The notes: a model not told the origin generated them from the letters alone. A stretch of 64,000 nucleotides of DNA from a virus (IMGVR_UViG_3300037067_013225:128001-192000), one strand, 5' to 3'; positions 10,324 to 20,010 are shown, counted from the first letter of the stretch. Program-made: numbers and translations.

Positions 10324-11853
10324 ATGCTGACGAAAAAAGAACGCGAAAAGATGGATTTAGATAATTTTGCACAGAAATGCGCATCAAGTATCAAGAATGC
10401 CTCTCCGACAGCCCTAGTTCTTAATCCTCCCAACGAATGGAGCGAGAATCAACTTGAGGAAGCTTTTGTTAAATCGGTAGAAGCCGTAGCTTATCTTTGC
10501 GATCAGATAGACGATAACGATATCGAGAGATTTGTTAGAGCCGGGGACGGTTCTTTTAAGAAGGCCACTCAGGGTATTTTGCGAGACCACAGTTTTGATC
10601 CTAAACTTCGTAGGCAAAATTGCGCCGTTCTGTTACGCAAAAGTGTCTGTACGGGTGATCTGACAGCGCATGAAAAGCATCTTGTAGTTGCGCTAAACAA
10701 TCAGATTCAGGAAATTCTTTCGAATCAGGGTAATCGTGTTAGTACGCGGTTCGTAGATAAAATCGCTGATTACTTTTCTAAAGGTCAAGGCTCTACAAAA
10801 AATATTAAAACCGAAGTTAATAAAGAAATTATGTTCCAAGCTATGGAGAATCTCGTCCATTCTCCACAAGGCAAACTCCTAGACTATATCAAGGCACCAT
10901 TTCAATACAATCTAGATACAGATAAATGGGATTTCGAAGATGAAATGCCGGATGATCTAAGAACTGATGAATCGGATGAAATTACCACATCTGCACCGCC
11001 ATCAGTTTTGGCATCCACAGCGCCATCTCAGCGTGGGATGTCAGGCAATATTCCGAAACAGGGAAACGATATCGATTTAATTTTAAACGCATTAAATCCG
11101 CAAAAATCAGCTTACGGTGATAACACGCAGATTAGTTTAAATCGGCGTGTCATTGCGGGTGATGGTGATTCGGATGTTATGGGGATTCATGGCGGAGACG
11201 GATCTAATTTAGCGCAGATTGCGTTAGGATCTGTGGGAAAGTTTGTTGGTGTCCAAAGTCATCCGCAGCATTTTACGCATGTAGAAAATACCAGAAGTCC
11301 ACATAAGAATGTCGTAGAATCAAGCGATTTCTTCCGCACACGCGCCCATCAGGCTAACGAAATGAATAGTGCGACAGTTCCGGAAGGAATGACAAAATTC
11401 CATAGAGATGCAAATCCGTCTGGTCGTAGAAACTACTATCCTACGGAATCTTTGGCTGCTGGCGATGGTCGCAATGACATTGTTGGTGCTGATGGAAGTT
11501 CTCGCGCATCTGGAACCATCAATGGTGACGAAGTTACAAATGGCGTTCTGAAGGCGGTTGAAGGATTTTTGGGCAGATCTGCCGATTCGACGATGAATCA
11601 GATGGAATCAAACATTCCCTCGCCAATACAGTCCGGTGTGCAACAGTTGGCCGGTGCTGCTGATACAGCATCGTTAGCTTCTCCAATGGGTCGCGCTGGA
11701 CAAACCATTGGTGCAATGATTCCGCAACCCGCGATAGATGCCGCTACAAAACCACTAGCAGGCATTGCGGATAATTTGGCATCTCGCGCTCTAAAAACTA
11801 TAGGTAATTTGGGCGATCAAAGCACAAATTTTATCCAGCCCGGTCTGGAATAG
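10324..11853 (+). CDS. hypothetical protein; N-terminal part of a possible -1 frameshift fusion
   Basis: 509 aa, AAGGA RBS; A_AAT_TTT heptamer just before the stop. Confidence 0.6.
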   Translation: MLTKKEREKMDLDNFAQKCASSIKNASPTALVLNPPNEWSENQLEEAFVKSVEAVAYLCDQIDDNDIERFVRAGDGSFKKATQGILRDHSFDPKLRRQNCAVLLRKSVCTGDLTAHEKHLVVALNNQIQEILSNQGNRVSTRFVDKIADYFSKGQGSTKNIKTEVNKEIMFQAMENLVHSPQGKLLDYIKAPFQYNLDTDKWDFEDEMPDDLRTDESDEITTSAPPSVLASTAPSQRGMSGNIPKQGNDIDLILNALNPQKSAYGDNTQISLNRRVIAGDGDSDVMGIHGGDGSNLAQIALGSVGKFVGVQSHPQHFTHVENTRSPHKNVVESSDFFRTRAHQANEMNSATVPEGMTKFHRDANPSGRRNYYPTESLAAGDGRNDIVGADGSSRASGTINGDEVTNGVLKAVEGFLGRSADSTMNQMESNIPSPIQSGVQQLAGAADTASLASPMGRAGQTIGAMIPQPAIDAATKPLAGIADNLASRALKTIGNLGDQSTNFIQPGLE

Positions 11854-11993
11854 CTAACCAGGCTGGGTTTAATAAAGCAAATATAAAACACCCTCTGGTT
11901 GGTGCCGTAACACAGTTTTTATCCGAACATTCCAGTGTCCCGGAAGGACAAAAACGTTTATGGGCGCATTATTTATCGAATCCACAACATAGG

Positions 11994-12722
11994 GTGGATT
12001 TTAAAACACAACCGCGAGAGATTAATAAAAATGATAAAGCGTTACTAGATTATATTTTATTGGGTGGAAAAGCGGTTCGAAGCGGAAATTTATCTTATGG
12101 GCAGGGTGTCGATCCTCACAAAGTGACATCATCTGCCGTGGGTGAGATATCTGCGGAAGACGTAGGATACGATCCTCACACTACGATACAAAAACGTCTA
12201 GGCAAAAAGCCGCTTCCAGCATCAGTGAATCCAGTTCTATTGGGTGCGTCTGCCGATACAGTAGCCAATAGAGGCCAAGGCGACTGGTACAGTGTGGAAG
12301 CTAGCCCTGAACGCGCTCATGGCTTTACGTTGGTGGTAGGGCCACAAACAGGTGATGAGCAGACAATGCGGTCTAGGTTACACTACACACCCACAGCTAG
12401 CGGAGAACGCCAGCTAAATTTGGGCCAACCTCCCGTACCGCATAAATGGCTTGAAGATCCCACATTACGATCCATCGCTGAGAAATTTATCTCTTTGTCT
12501 GGTAGTGGTGTCGGTGGAAAAGAATATAAATTATCCGGTACGCATCAAGGTAACGAATTTAAGCTATTCGATCCGCGTACAGGAATGTCTATCCGATATG
12601 ATAAACGTACCGGCGGTGTAAATAGTCGATTTAGTGGCGGTATTCCTACAGGTAAGCAAAATCCCCTATATGTGGATATGTCAACTCATGCGATACCAGT
12701 TCAGGATTTCATAAATAGCTAA
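11994..12722 (+). CDS. hypothetical protein; probably the -1 frame extension of the upstream gene
   Basis: frame is open from 11808, overlapping the upstream ORF; no well-spaced RBS before GTG 11994. Confidence 0.55.
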   Translation: MDFKTQPREINKNDKALLDYILLGGKAVRSGNLSYGQGVDPHKVTSSAVGEISAEDVGYDPHTTIQKRLGKKPLPASVNPVLLGASADTVANRGQGDWYSVEASPERAHGFTLVVGPQTGDEQTMRSRLHYTPTASGERQLNLGQPPVPHKWLEDPTLRSIAEKFISLSGSGVGGKEYKLSGTHQGNEFKLFDPRTGMSIRYDKRTGGVNSRFSGGIPTGKQNPLYVDMSTHAIPVQDFINS

Positions 12723-12740
12723 TTCCACATCCTCTCTCCG

Positions 12741-12767
12741 ATGGCGGCGAAAGCCGCCATTTTATTT
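12741..12767. terminator. intrinsic terminator between convergent gene blocks
   Basis: ATGGCGGC-GAAA-GCCGCCAT followed by TTTATTT. Confidence 0.85.
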
Positions 12768-13718
12768 AACTATAAATCCCTTTTTCATTTTGATATCGTT
12801 GCAGAAGAAATCCCATACATGTCTGACACGATCCATATTGGTGAAATCGATATTTGCTAGCTGCCTATTTATACATAAATCATATAATAGAGCCGAAGCA
12901 TTTTGTTTACTGAAACGAAGGTTGGAAAATGTTTTGTCGGTAATTTTATCTTGTTCGATTGTCACATTCTTCCCGCTAAAAACACCGCGACCCAGGCTTA
13001 TGATGGGTGTTGAATGAGCCAAGGCTTCAAAAATATATGAGCTATTTATAGACACCAAGGCTCTACTAGATTTTAATAATTGATGGTTCAACTGCCAATT
13101 ATCCATATCATTCTCTATACGATCAATGTAATGTATTCTGTTATGCTGATATAACCGATGCCCATGATGAGATTTAGGGTGTTGTTTTACCACCAAGGTA
13201 TAATCTGAGGGCATATATTGTACCAGATCTCTCAAAATACGTTCAAAATTCTGCGCATAGGCCGGTGCATCATATTTGATTACTGAATCAGCTAGATGTT
13301 GAATCGGAAATAGAATGAATGGCCCAGATACGGGTAATTGAGTAGGTGTTTCTTTATTCCAGTAATGTTGATCTAAATACTCGTCAAGTTGTTGTTTTTG
13401 CTCGTTCGTAATGGGGGTTGAGGTGGTTTGTGCGGCACTGGAAGATGCGCCGTGACCCAGGCTATCTAGTTGAGTGGAACTGTAATGGGGTAAAAATCCG
13501 CATTCTAGATAAGCTAAGTTGGGAAAAGTCGGATGAGCGTTATGGTATATTTTTCGATATGGCCCAGCCCAGATTAGAAACAAATTATCTGGTTGTTGTT
13601 CTATGCGTCGCGGGAAGGTTAAAAGAGACTCTTGAGTTAATTTTGTCTGATAACCCAGTGCGTTTAGAAAAACTGCCACATTCGCGGCAGCTTTATTACG
13701 ACTATAGATTACGATCAT
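12762..13718 (-). CDS. KpsS/KpsC-like capsule polysaccharide glycosyltransferase
   Basis: LECGFLP, PIQHLADS, VKQHPK, SINSSYIFEAL, ISLGR match the KpsS-type motif order. Confidence 0.7.
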   Translation of the reverse strand: MIVIYSRNKAAANVAVFLNALGYQTKLTQESLLTFPRRIEQQPDNLFLIWAGPYRKIYHNAHPTFPNLAYLECGFLPHYSSTQLDSLGHGASSSAAQTTSTPITNEQKQQLDEYLDQHYWNKETPTQLPVSGPFILFPIQHLADSVIKYDAPAYAQNFERILRDLVQYMPSDYTLVVKQHPKSHHGHRLYQHNRIHYIDRIENDMDNWQLNHQLLKSSRALVSINSSYIFEALAHSTPIISLGRGVFSGKNVTIEQDKITDKTFSNLRFSKQNASALLYDLCINRQLANIDFTNMDRVRHVWDFFCNDIKMKKGFIVK

Positions 13719-14082
13719 TATTTAGCCTTATGATCATATTTTTGATTTCTTCTAGTGTGGGATTTTCGACAAGTTTTTCATCTTTCACTTCTTGTCCTAC
13801 CCAATGACTATAGCGCATATAAGAGTAATCAGGTGCAAGATGGACAATTATTGCGTTTTCATCACATTTCCATCCTTGCCATGTGGGCGGTTTGTTTAGA
13901 ACCTTGATATAAAACCTAATGGTGATGTGTTGGTCTATTTCCCACGTACAAGAGTAATTTGGCAATGGGATTAGAGATTCTAGCTGGCATAAAAAATTAA
14001 TCGTTTGCATAGCAGTAGCATCGCTTATTGGTGGTGCTGATGGATCACTGATTTCCCAGCGTATTTTGTCAAGGTCTTTCAT
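13702..14082 (-). CDS. hypothetical protein
   Basis: 126 aa, overlapping stop/start junctions in the minus-strand operon. Confidence 0.5.
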   Translation of the reverse strand: MKDLDKIRWEISDPSAPPISDATAMQTINFLCQLESLIPLPNYSCTWEIDQHITIRFYIKVLNKPPTWQGWKCDENAIIVHLAPDYSYMRYSHWVGQEVKDEKLVENPTLEEIKNMIIRLNNDRNL

Positions 14083-14384
14083 ACCGTGATTCTCTCCATA
14101 AGTTTGTCTCGTAATTCTTGAGCATCTTGAGATAGCGGGGATTTGCTCAAAACATACGCAGAATATAAGTAGAGTAATTGTTCATCGATTGCTTGAAGAA
14201 GCTCATCTCTTGAATACGTATATACGCAGAAATTGAAATCTTCATAATCCGCAATCCATAAATCGTGTTCATTCGGAACGATTGATGGGATGATCGATGG
14301 TTGCAGAAACAGGGGAGGATCGATATGTAGAGTCAGATCCTCCCCAATCACATCCGTAACAACTATTGGTGATAAATCGTTCAT
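14079..14384 (-). CDS. hypothetical protein
   Basis: 101 aa, ATGA overlaps at both ends. Confidence 0.5.
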   Translation of the reverse strand: MNDLSPIVVTDVIGEDLTLHIDPPLFLQPSIIPSIVPNEHDLWIADYEDFNFCVYTYSRDELLQAIDEQLLYLYSAYVLSKSPLSQDAQELRDKLMERITV

Positions 14385-14881
14385 TGCATTCTATCCTGTA
14401 ATTCGGCTTTCATGAGGGATTGTGTAACGGAGGACGCTTTAGAAACGATAAAGAATAAGTTGCGTAGATAATTCTTTATAGAGCGAAGATGTGCAGTTTT
14501 AGCTTCCGTGTCGATTTCTGCACGTTTTGTTTCTCCATGCTTGATGGAAATCGGATAGGCTTGGGCATAAAGACGAGAATATTCTGCCGAAAAATACACA
14601 TATAGTGAATTTAGCGCCTGCATGTACGAAATTAGCACTCGCGCCTTCTCTTCGGCACCGCCAGCAACCAAAATCTGCATCTTGTCAAGCTCGTCAATCG
14701 TTGCTAAGACGACCTCTGGGCATTCATAGCCTCCGGCCTTAAATATGCACTGAGCAGCCCGTGTAGAGACCTCACCGGCACCTCCACTCGCCAGTTCAGA
14801 CCAAACGGAACCGAATTCGTCTGGTTGAATGTTTCCCTCTTCTAGAACTTCCTCAAATACTTCGCTTTCACTGATTGGCAT
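14381..14881 (-). CDS. hypothetical helical protein
   Basis: 166 aa, GGAG RBS. Confidence 0.55.
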   Translation of the reverse strand: MPISESEVFEEVLEEGNIQPDEFGSVWSELASGGAGEVSTRAAQCIFKAGGYECPEVVLATIDELDKMQILVAGGAEEKARVLISYMQALNSLYVYFSAEYSRLYAQAYPISIKHGETKRAEIDTEAKTAHLRSIKNYLRNLFFIVSKASSVTQSLMKAELQDRMQ

Positions 14882-15090
14882 TTTTATTTCTCCAAATTAT
14901 TACATTGATTTGCTTGAGTTTTGTCATAGTTTATTCACGCAATGGATATCTTTAAAATAATCCTGACAAACGTGATCCGTTTCATTTATCGTTTCCGCCA
15001 ACTCTCTCGCGCCGCATTCGATATCTTGATCTGTTAGAGTATCGATTCTGGTATCTACTTTGGCCCAATCTATATTCATATTCTCTCCAT

Positions 15091-15150
15091 AAAAATAGGG
15101 CAGTTTTGCGACATTACCCAGGTCGGACCAGCAGCCAAAACTATTCTACC
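15091..15150 (-). other. candidate structured RNA element (H-type pseudoknot or alternative terminator stem)
   Basis: CGAC-CUGGGUAAU-GUCG-CAAAAC-UGCCC; loop GGGUA can pair with UGCCC; alternative stem AGUUUUG/CAAAACU precedes a U-tract. Confidence 0.45.
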
Positions 15151-15539
15151 CCTTTTACGGCCCAATCACGCACATAGTCTTGAATATCTTCTAGCTCCTT
15201 TTGCGCTTCTGGGGTGGTTGTGAAACAATAAAATCCTCCGACGAATTGGATGGAGTGACAATTCGCAATGAGTCCAGCCATAGATTTATTAAATGCATTA
15301 ATCAAATCTTCATTACCAGACCAACCACCAGTTGCAAACACATATATGCCTGGACGTGGATGCAAGGCCCAATCATCCATGCGCCATGCTTCCTGAATTA
15401 ACGCTAGCATTCCTTCTACATCCCTTCCATCGTAATTTTCGATGGATTGTAGAAATTCCTCGCTAGGATATCCCTCCTTATCAAAACTTGGCTCAGGTAG
15501 ATTCATTTTCGATCCTTGTATTTTCTGTATACCTTCCAT
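15141..15539 (-). CDS. hypothetical protein
   Basis: 132 aa with GYPSEE and TGGWSGNE motifs. Confidence 0.55.
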   Translation of the reverse strand: MEGIQKIQGSKMNLPEPSFDKEGYPSEEFLQSIENYDGRDVEGMLALIQEAWRMDDWALHPRPGIYVFATGGWSGNEDLINAFNKSMAGLIANCHSIQFVGGFYCFTTTPEAQKELEDIQDYVRDWAVKGVE

Positions 15540-15991
15540 GCTGTACTACGTACTGTCCAGGGAGAGATAGCCATGTATAGAGATTTCCCCTTTTTCAGCG
15601 ATCCCTCAACCATAATTTTTGCCCAACGAATCTGATCTGCTGGATCATCCCAATCTAATCCGGAATCGATCATGGGTTGTTTATGACATCGTTTCATAAG
15701 CTGCATCAATCCATAACAACCTGTCTTTTTATTCACCGCACCGATATCGTATTTGCCGCCTGTTTCAAATCCCGCTATAGCGGCAAACAGTTCAGATAAT
15801 TCCGATCCATTTTCATCTGCTGCTAAAAATATTGTTTCCAAATTATTCAATTCAGTTTCACTAAATCCGCTACCGCCTTTTTGCTTGTTTATATCCGTGA
15901 TAATATTTTTTATATCGTTTGCGTGAGCTTGGGCGATTATAATCGCCCAACATAACGGGATTGTAATGATAGCTTTGATGATCGATTTCAT
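15503..15991 (-). CDS. SLT-like lytic transglycosylase with signal peptide
   Basis: N-terminal signal ending AHA; AIAGFETGG (catalytic Glu) and GCYGLMQL. Confidence 0.75.
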   Translation of the reverse strand: MKSIIKAIITIPLCWAIIIAQAHANDIKNIITDINKQKGGSGFSETELNNLETIFLAADENGSELSELFAAIAGFETGGKYDIGAVNKKTGCYGLMQLMKRCHKQPMIDSGLDWDDPADQIRWAKIMVEGSLKKGKSLYMAISPWTVRSTAWKVYRKYKDRK

Positions 15992-15996
15992 TTATT

Positions 15997-16275
15997 TTAT
16001 CCCTTGTCCGTATTTACACTATACACCGAAATATCTTCCGTGCCATTACGAGCCACAAGTTTATCAACCATATTGGTGGCGCTTTCCATATCATTAAAAA
16101 ACAAAGCGCCTTCCATTATATAAGACCACAACCTGCATTTCTTTCCGGTAAAATAATATATACTTCGTCCGGGTGAAGAAGTTGATGATGGATCGTATAT
16201 GATGATGTAGTATCGGTCTATCGGTTCTTGGGTAAATGCAGCTACATCCAGTGTTTTCATAACTTTATATTCCAT
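15997..16275 (-). CDS. hypothetical protein
   Basis: 92 aa, GGAG RBS. Confidence 0.5.
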   Translation of the reverse strand: MEYKVMKTLDVAAFTQEPIDRYYIIIYDPSSTSSPGRSIYYFTGKKCRLWSYIMEGALFFNDMESATNMVDKLVARNGTEDISVYSVNTDKG

Positions 16276-16284
16276 TTGTTTCTC

Positions 16285-16614
16285 CTAGTCTACAATACGG
16301 AAACTGTTTATGAATTCGGCATTAAAATTTGTTAGAGCCTTGCCTGCGGCATCCGTGACATAATATTTGAAGATGATCCCACTTTCGGAATCAATCGGTT
16401 TCAAAAAGAAATAATACAGATTATCATCGGGAATGTTGGAAATATTTTTGCCGAATTTAACAAGATTCATATACAATGCAGAGAGGCTTTTTAATGCATC
16501 ACCTGTCATGCAAAACTTATAAGTATCGTAGGTGTCCACACCTGGCTCTACTACTTCATCATTCAAGCAGTGGAAGTTTAATCCTCTAATATCAGTGACT
16601 ATCAACGATATCAT
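16285..16614 (-). CDS. hypothetical protein
   Basis: 109 aa, coupled to the upstream ORF. Confidence 0.5.
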   Translation of the reverse strand: MISLIVTDIRGLNFHCLNDEVVEPGVDTYDTYKFCMTGDALKSLSALYMNLVKFGKNISNIPDDNLYYFFLKPIDSESGIIFKYYVTDAAGKALTNFNAEFINSFRIVD

Positions 16615-16834
16615 TTGTTGTTCCCTTCTCCGTAAAATATTTCGGCTTCCTCCGGCATCATATTGCTGAAGGTTAAATAACGATGATCTCTTTTGAGAAC
16701 CAGACCGCTATATTTTTCTCGTACCACAACACGGCAACCATCAATCCAATTGGCTGTGGCAACCGGTTGGATAAGCAAGATTTCCCATTTTCTCAATCCC
16801 CACATCCATGCCCAAAAATATAATAACCATTGCA

Positions 16835-17017
16835 TCATTCGCCACCACGCCCCTTTGTTTTCCAAATTATTTCTGCGGAATCAAAAATTTCCTTGATCTT
16901 TTTAGAGCGGCAACGTGGACATTTCGCTTTGTCCTTGTCCTCATAGGGACAATCGATTTCGAACACTATATCGCATTTTTCGCAAACGAATTCGTAAGTA
17001 GGAATTGTATTCTCCAT
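16835..17017 (-). CDS. FmdB-family zinc-ribbon protein
   Basis: PTYEFVCEKC..FEI..CPRCRS. Confidence 0.7.
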   Translation of the reverse strand: MENTIPTYEFVCEKCDIVFEIDCPYEDKDKAKCPRCRSKKIKEIFDSAEIIWKTKGRGGE

Positions 17018-17026
17018 ATATTTATT

Positions 17027-17425
17027 TTAAAAATCTATCTCTTGGAAATCCCTTTCCATAAGACTGACAAAATATTTTTCCACGATTTTAATCATATCTT
17101 GTGCGTCGATAATTGTTTTATTTCCGATTGATACTGCGTTGATGGCCTCTTTCATCTCGCGCCACGTTATGGTCCATAGAATATCTGCCTGTCGCTCACC
17201 ATTCGGTGTATATTCGTGCGTCAATGCAGGTGGGCAGTGCTCTAATACTTGTATAAAAAACTCATAATATGGAAAATTATTATTTAACGAGTTTATTATT
17301 TCGCCGAAAAAGAGATCAACGAATTCCCTTTTCGCTATGTCGGCGCGAATAAGGACATTATCATCCGTAATATCTGTTAAATTAATGGTGAGTGATCTGC
17401 ACAGACTGCAATCATCTGCTAGCAT
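17027..17425 (-). CDS. hypothetical protein with C-terminal IDF tag
   Basis: 132 aa ending DFQEIDF-stop. Confidence 0.7.
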   Translation of the reverse strand: MLADDCSLCRSLTINLTDITDDNVLIRADIAKREFVDLFFGEIINSLNNNFPYYEFFIQVLEHCPPALTHEYTPNGERQADILWTITWREMKEAINAVSIGNKTIIDAQDMIKIVEKYFVSLMERDFQEIDF

Positions 17426-17979
17426 TTACTCCACCCACAATTAATACAATATTTACAACCAGCCTCATATACTAGGGACATTTCTGCACATGTAGGACAT
17501 TTCTCTATTTTTTTATTCTTAATATAGAGACTTAATCGTTTCGCTATATGATATGTGATGTTAGAAACGTTATGATCTAGAGAATTTAGCACATCTACCA
17601 CTCGCTCTACTGGAACTTCGTGCCGCAATAATAATGACACGGCTCTACTAAGTTTACCAGTATTCGGTTCGTTTTTTCCCTTAATCTTTTGCTCAGTTAA
17701 AAAGATATCCTCGATACCGAATAGCTTTCCTAGCTCATTCAATCTGTCTATAGCGTCAGATATATTTGCGGATGAATCTCGCGAATTCGTTTTAATGAAT
17801 ACTTCGTAAGGTTTTCCGTTGTGTATATTGATCGTTAAGTACCATTTCTTCCCCTCGGCTCTAATATCGTATGTTTTACCATCCAATACCGAGGGTCGTT
17901 TTTCAACGACACGTTCCATTTGAGCTAAATCACGGTTCACCTGAGAGATATCTGGATCTTCATTTGTCATTGTGCTCAA
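17419..17979 (-). CDS. class II RNR C-terminal subunit (NrdJb/TSCPD-like)
   Basis: WYLTIN..PYEVFI..SRAVSLLLR..CPTC..YEAGCKYCINCGWSKC. Confidence 0.75.
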   Translation of the reverse strand: MSTMTNEDPDISQVNRDLAQMERVVEKRPSVLDGKTYDIRAEGKKWYLTINIHNGKPYEVFIKTNSRDSSANISDAIDRLNELGKLFGIEDIFLTEQKIKGKNEPNTGKLSRAVSLLLRHEVPVERVVDVLNSLDHNVSNITYHIAKRLSLYIKNKKIEKCPTCAEMSLVYEAGCKYCINCGWSKC

Positions 17980-18292
17980 TTTTCACATCCAATATTTGGG
18001 CTAGTTTTTCAAACCACAATAATGCTGTTTCGATATCATTGCTACTACCTAGACAGTGTTGGCGATTATCCTCAAAATGTATCCATAATTTAGCCACATC
18101 ACCTTCTTCGAACCGTAACCCAGAGACTAATTCGTGAGGGCAAAAACCCACCGGGATATTGCCTTCTCCGAATCCCTCATCAAAGAACAATAATTTTGTT
18201 TTTTTAGAGCACACAAAACTGTGTGGCTCTGACAGATTTGTACTAAGGGCCAAAACGCTCTCATTGTCGCAAAAATTATCAATCTTTTTCAT
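17960..18292 (-). CDS. hypothetical protein
   Basis: 110 aa in operon. Confidence 0.45.
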   Translation of the reverse strand: MKKIDNFCDNESVLALSTNLSEPHSFVCSKKTKLLFFDEGFGEGNIPVGFCPHELVSGLRFEEGDVAKLWIHFEDNRQHCLGSSNDIETALLWFEKLAQILDVKIEHNDK

Positions 18293-18815
18293 TCATGATA
18301 TCTCGGATTCTTTTAATTTTACTGGGATTGGTTATATTCCATTTATGCGTATGATCCTCTGAAATAATCAACGGTGTTAGTTCATTCTCGGAAATCTCCA
18401 AAAAGGTCATCCATTCTGGTAGCGCTTTGCGTTGCGATGATACATCCATGTTACGGAATATTTCGTTAAGATCTGCGAATACATGGATATTGCAGTCTTT
18501 CGGTGGTTTTACATTTCGGAAAAACATTTCTACAAAAAGATCCCATACTTCAGTATCAGACATTAGTATATTGTCTGAAATTACATCTTGTACATCGCAT
18601 ATCTCTATGTGTTTGAAAGCGATTTTCAATTGTGCGACGATATGTTTATGTATCTTTGTTACAACTTTACATTGTGTATTCTCGATCCAACTATACATAT
18701 CTGAAAAATCTTTCGGAAATGTAGATGATTTAATCACAGATGTAACGATATTGTCATAGATATCAGGATCTATGTCAATGAATAGGCTTCCAATTGAATA
18801 TGCTAGCGGTTTCAT
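18279..18815 (-). CDS. hypothetical protein
   Basis: 178 aa in operon. Confidence 0.5.
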   Translation of the reverse strand: MKPLAYSIGSLFIDIDPDIYDNIVTSVIKSSTFPKDFSDMYSWIENTQCKVVTKIHKHIVAQLKIAFKHIEICDVQDVISDNILMSDTEVWDLFVEMFFRNVKPPKDCNIHVFADLNEIFRNMDVSSQRKALPEWMTFLEISENELTPLIISEDHTHKWNITNPSKIKRIRDIMNEKD

Positions 18816-19140
18816 TATTTACTCCGATTCCATAAAAACATCCACATATATAATATGCACAATCCGTGTTCTCCGATACTCAACAAGGCACGGCCCTTAT
18901 GATCCGCATCATTTGTCCATCTATTCAGATAGAATGAACCAATAGCCAATCCTCTACCTTTAGATCCTCCCCATACACAGTGAATTAACGCGCCAATACC
19001 GATACCGTATATGCAGAGTAATCCAATAGTGAGATCATAATTTTCAAGCAATCCTACCAAAAACGATATCCATGTCGGTGTATCGATATATAGAAAGAAA
19101 CGTAAGGTTTTGGTTTTCTTATAGTAACCTATTATATTAA

Positions 19141-19416
19141 TCATAGAGCGTCCCATTCATCTTCGCTGAGAGTTACGAACTGATACGTGACGGTTTCACC
19201 ATCGGTCACGGCAGTAACGGCTTGTTGCATATAGTGAACGATATCGGCACAACTAACCAGATCTCGTCCGATGATTGCATCTTCTGGGCATTCGCATAGC
19301 GGTCCTACATATTGGACTTCCTTGCCATTGATGTATAGTTTTTGCCGGTCATAAAAATCGTCATCCGTGTATGAGTAAACTACAAGCTCCATGGTTTTTC
19401 TCTCCTGATGTGACAT
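19141..19416 (-). CDS. hypothetical protein
   Basis: 91 aa with ECPEDAIIGRDL motif. Confidence 0.5.
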   Translation of the reverse strand: MSHQERKTMELVVYSYTDDDFYDRQKLYINGKEVQYVGPLCECPEDAIIGRDLVSCADIVHYMQQAVTAVTDGETVTYQFVTLSEDEWDAL

Positions 19417-19973
19417 TGTTTTTCCAAAATAGATATCGCGCGATGATATTTCGCTTGCTTCCGCTGATATCGGTTCAGATCTTCTCCCGATACTGATGTG
19501 AACAATTTTTCCACTCGTTCAGAATCGGTATTATGTCTAAGATCGGCCAACTTAACATATCCCGCAATCAGATTTTCGCTTGCGGCAATATTATCTATAT
19601 AAGTATCATATTCACAAAAATTATCATGCGTCAAGATATCGATTGTTTCCGCAATCGTGTCTCCAAACAATCCCTTGATAATTTTATATGTATTGGGGAT
19701 TTCTTTACTGCAAGGCTCTACAAATGGGCCATCCTCCCAAGCATCATGCAAATATGCCACTATTGTACAGTCATAATACAATGGATGAATAGTGAATGGC
19801 TTTGCGCTTGACTCCAATATATCTGATACGTGATTAACCACAGCATTGATATGATGCATATATGGCTTTCCCACAAGATCGTGCTGTCCGTAATGATATA
19901 GTTCCGCCATCGACCGAGCCATATCAACCTGGCGTTGTCTGTAACAGTAATCTGTTTCTGAATATTCTGGCAT
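19380..19973 (-). CDS. HD-domain hydrolase, RelA/SpoT (p)ppGpp-hydrolase-like
   Basis: H.GQ.D..GKPYMHH, AYLHDAWED, VKLADLRHN. Confidence 0.75.
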   Translation of the reverse strand: MPEYSETDYCYRQRQVDMARSMAELYHYGQHDLVGKPYMHHINAVVNHVSDILESSAKPFTIHPLYYDCTIVAYLHDAWEDGPFVEPCSKEIPNTYKIIKGLFGDTIAETIDILTHDNFCEYDTYIDNIAASENLIAGYVKLADLRHNTDSERVEKLFTSVSGEDLNRYQRKQAKYHRAISILEKQCHIRREKPWSL

Positions 19974-19979
19974 GGTCTA

Positions 19980-20008
19980 AGTATACCACGAAATCGCGTT
20001 AAAGTCAA
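19980..20008 (-). promoter_or_regulatory. sigma70-type promoter giving leaderless mRNA
   Basis: TTGACT-17-TATACT, ATG 6 nt downstream. Confidence 0.8.
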
Positions 20009-20010
20009 GT

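Noticed and set aside
11851-11853. TAG readthrough or alternative genetic code
   Set aside because: The same frame hits TAA about ten codons later; TAG, TGA and TAA all end genes normally elsewhere.
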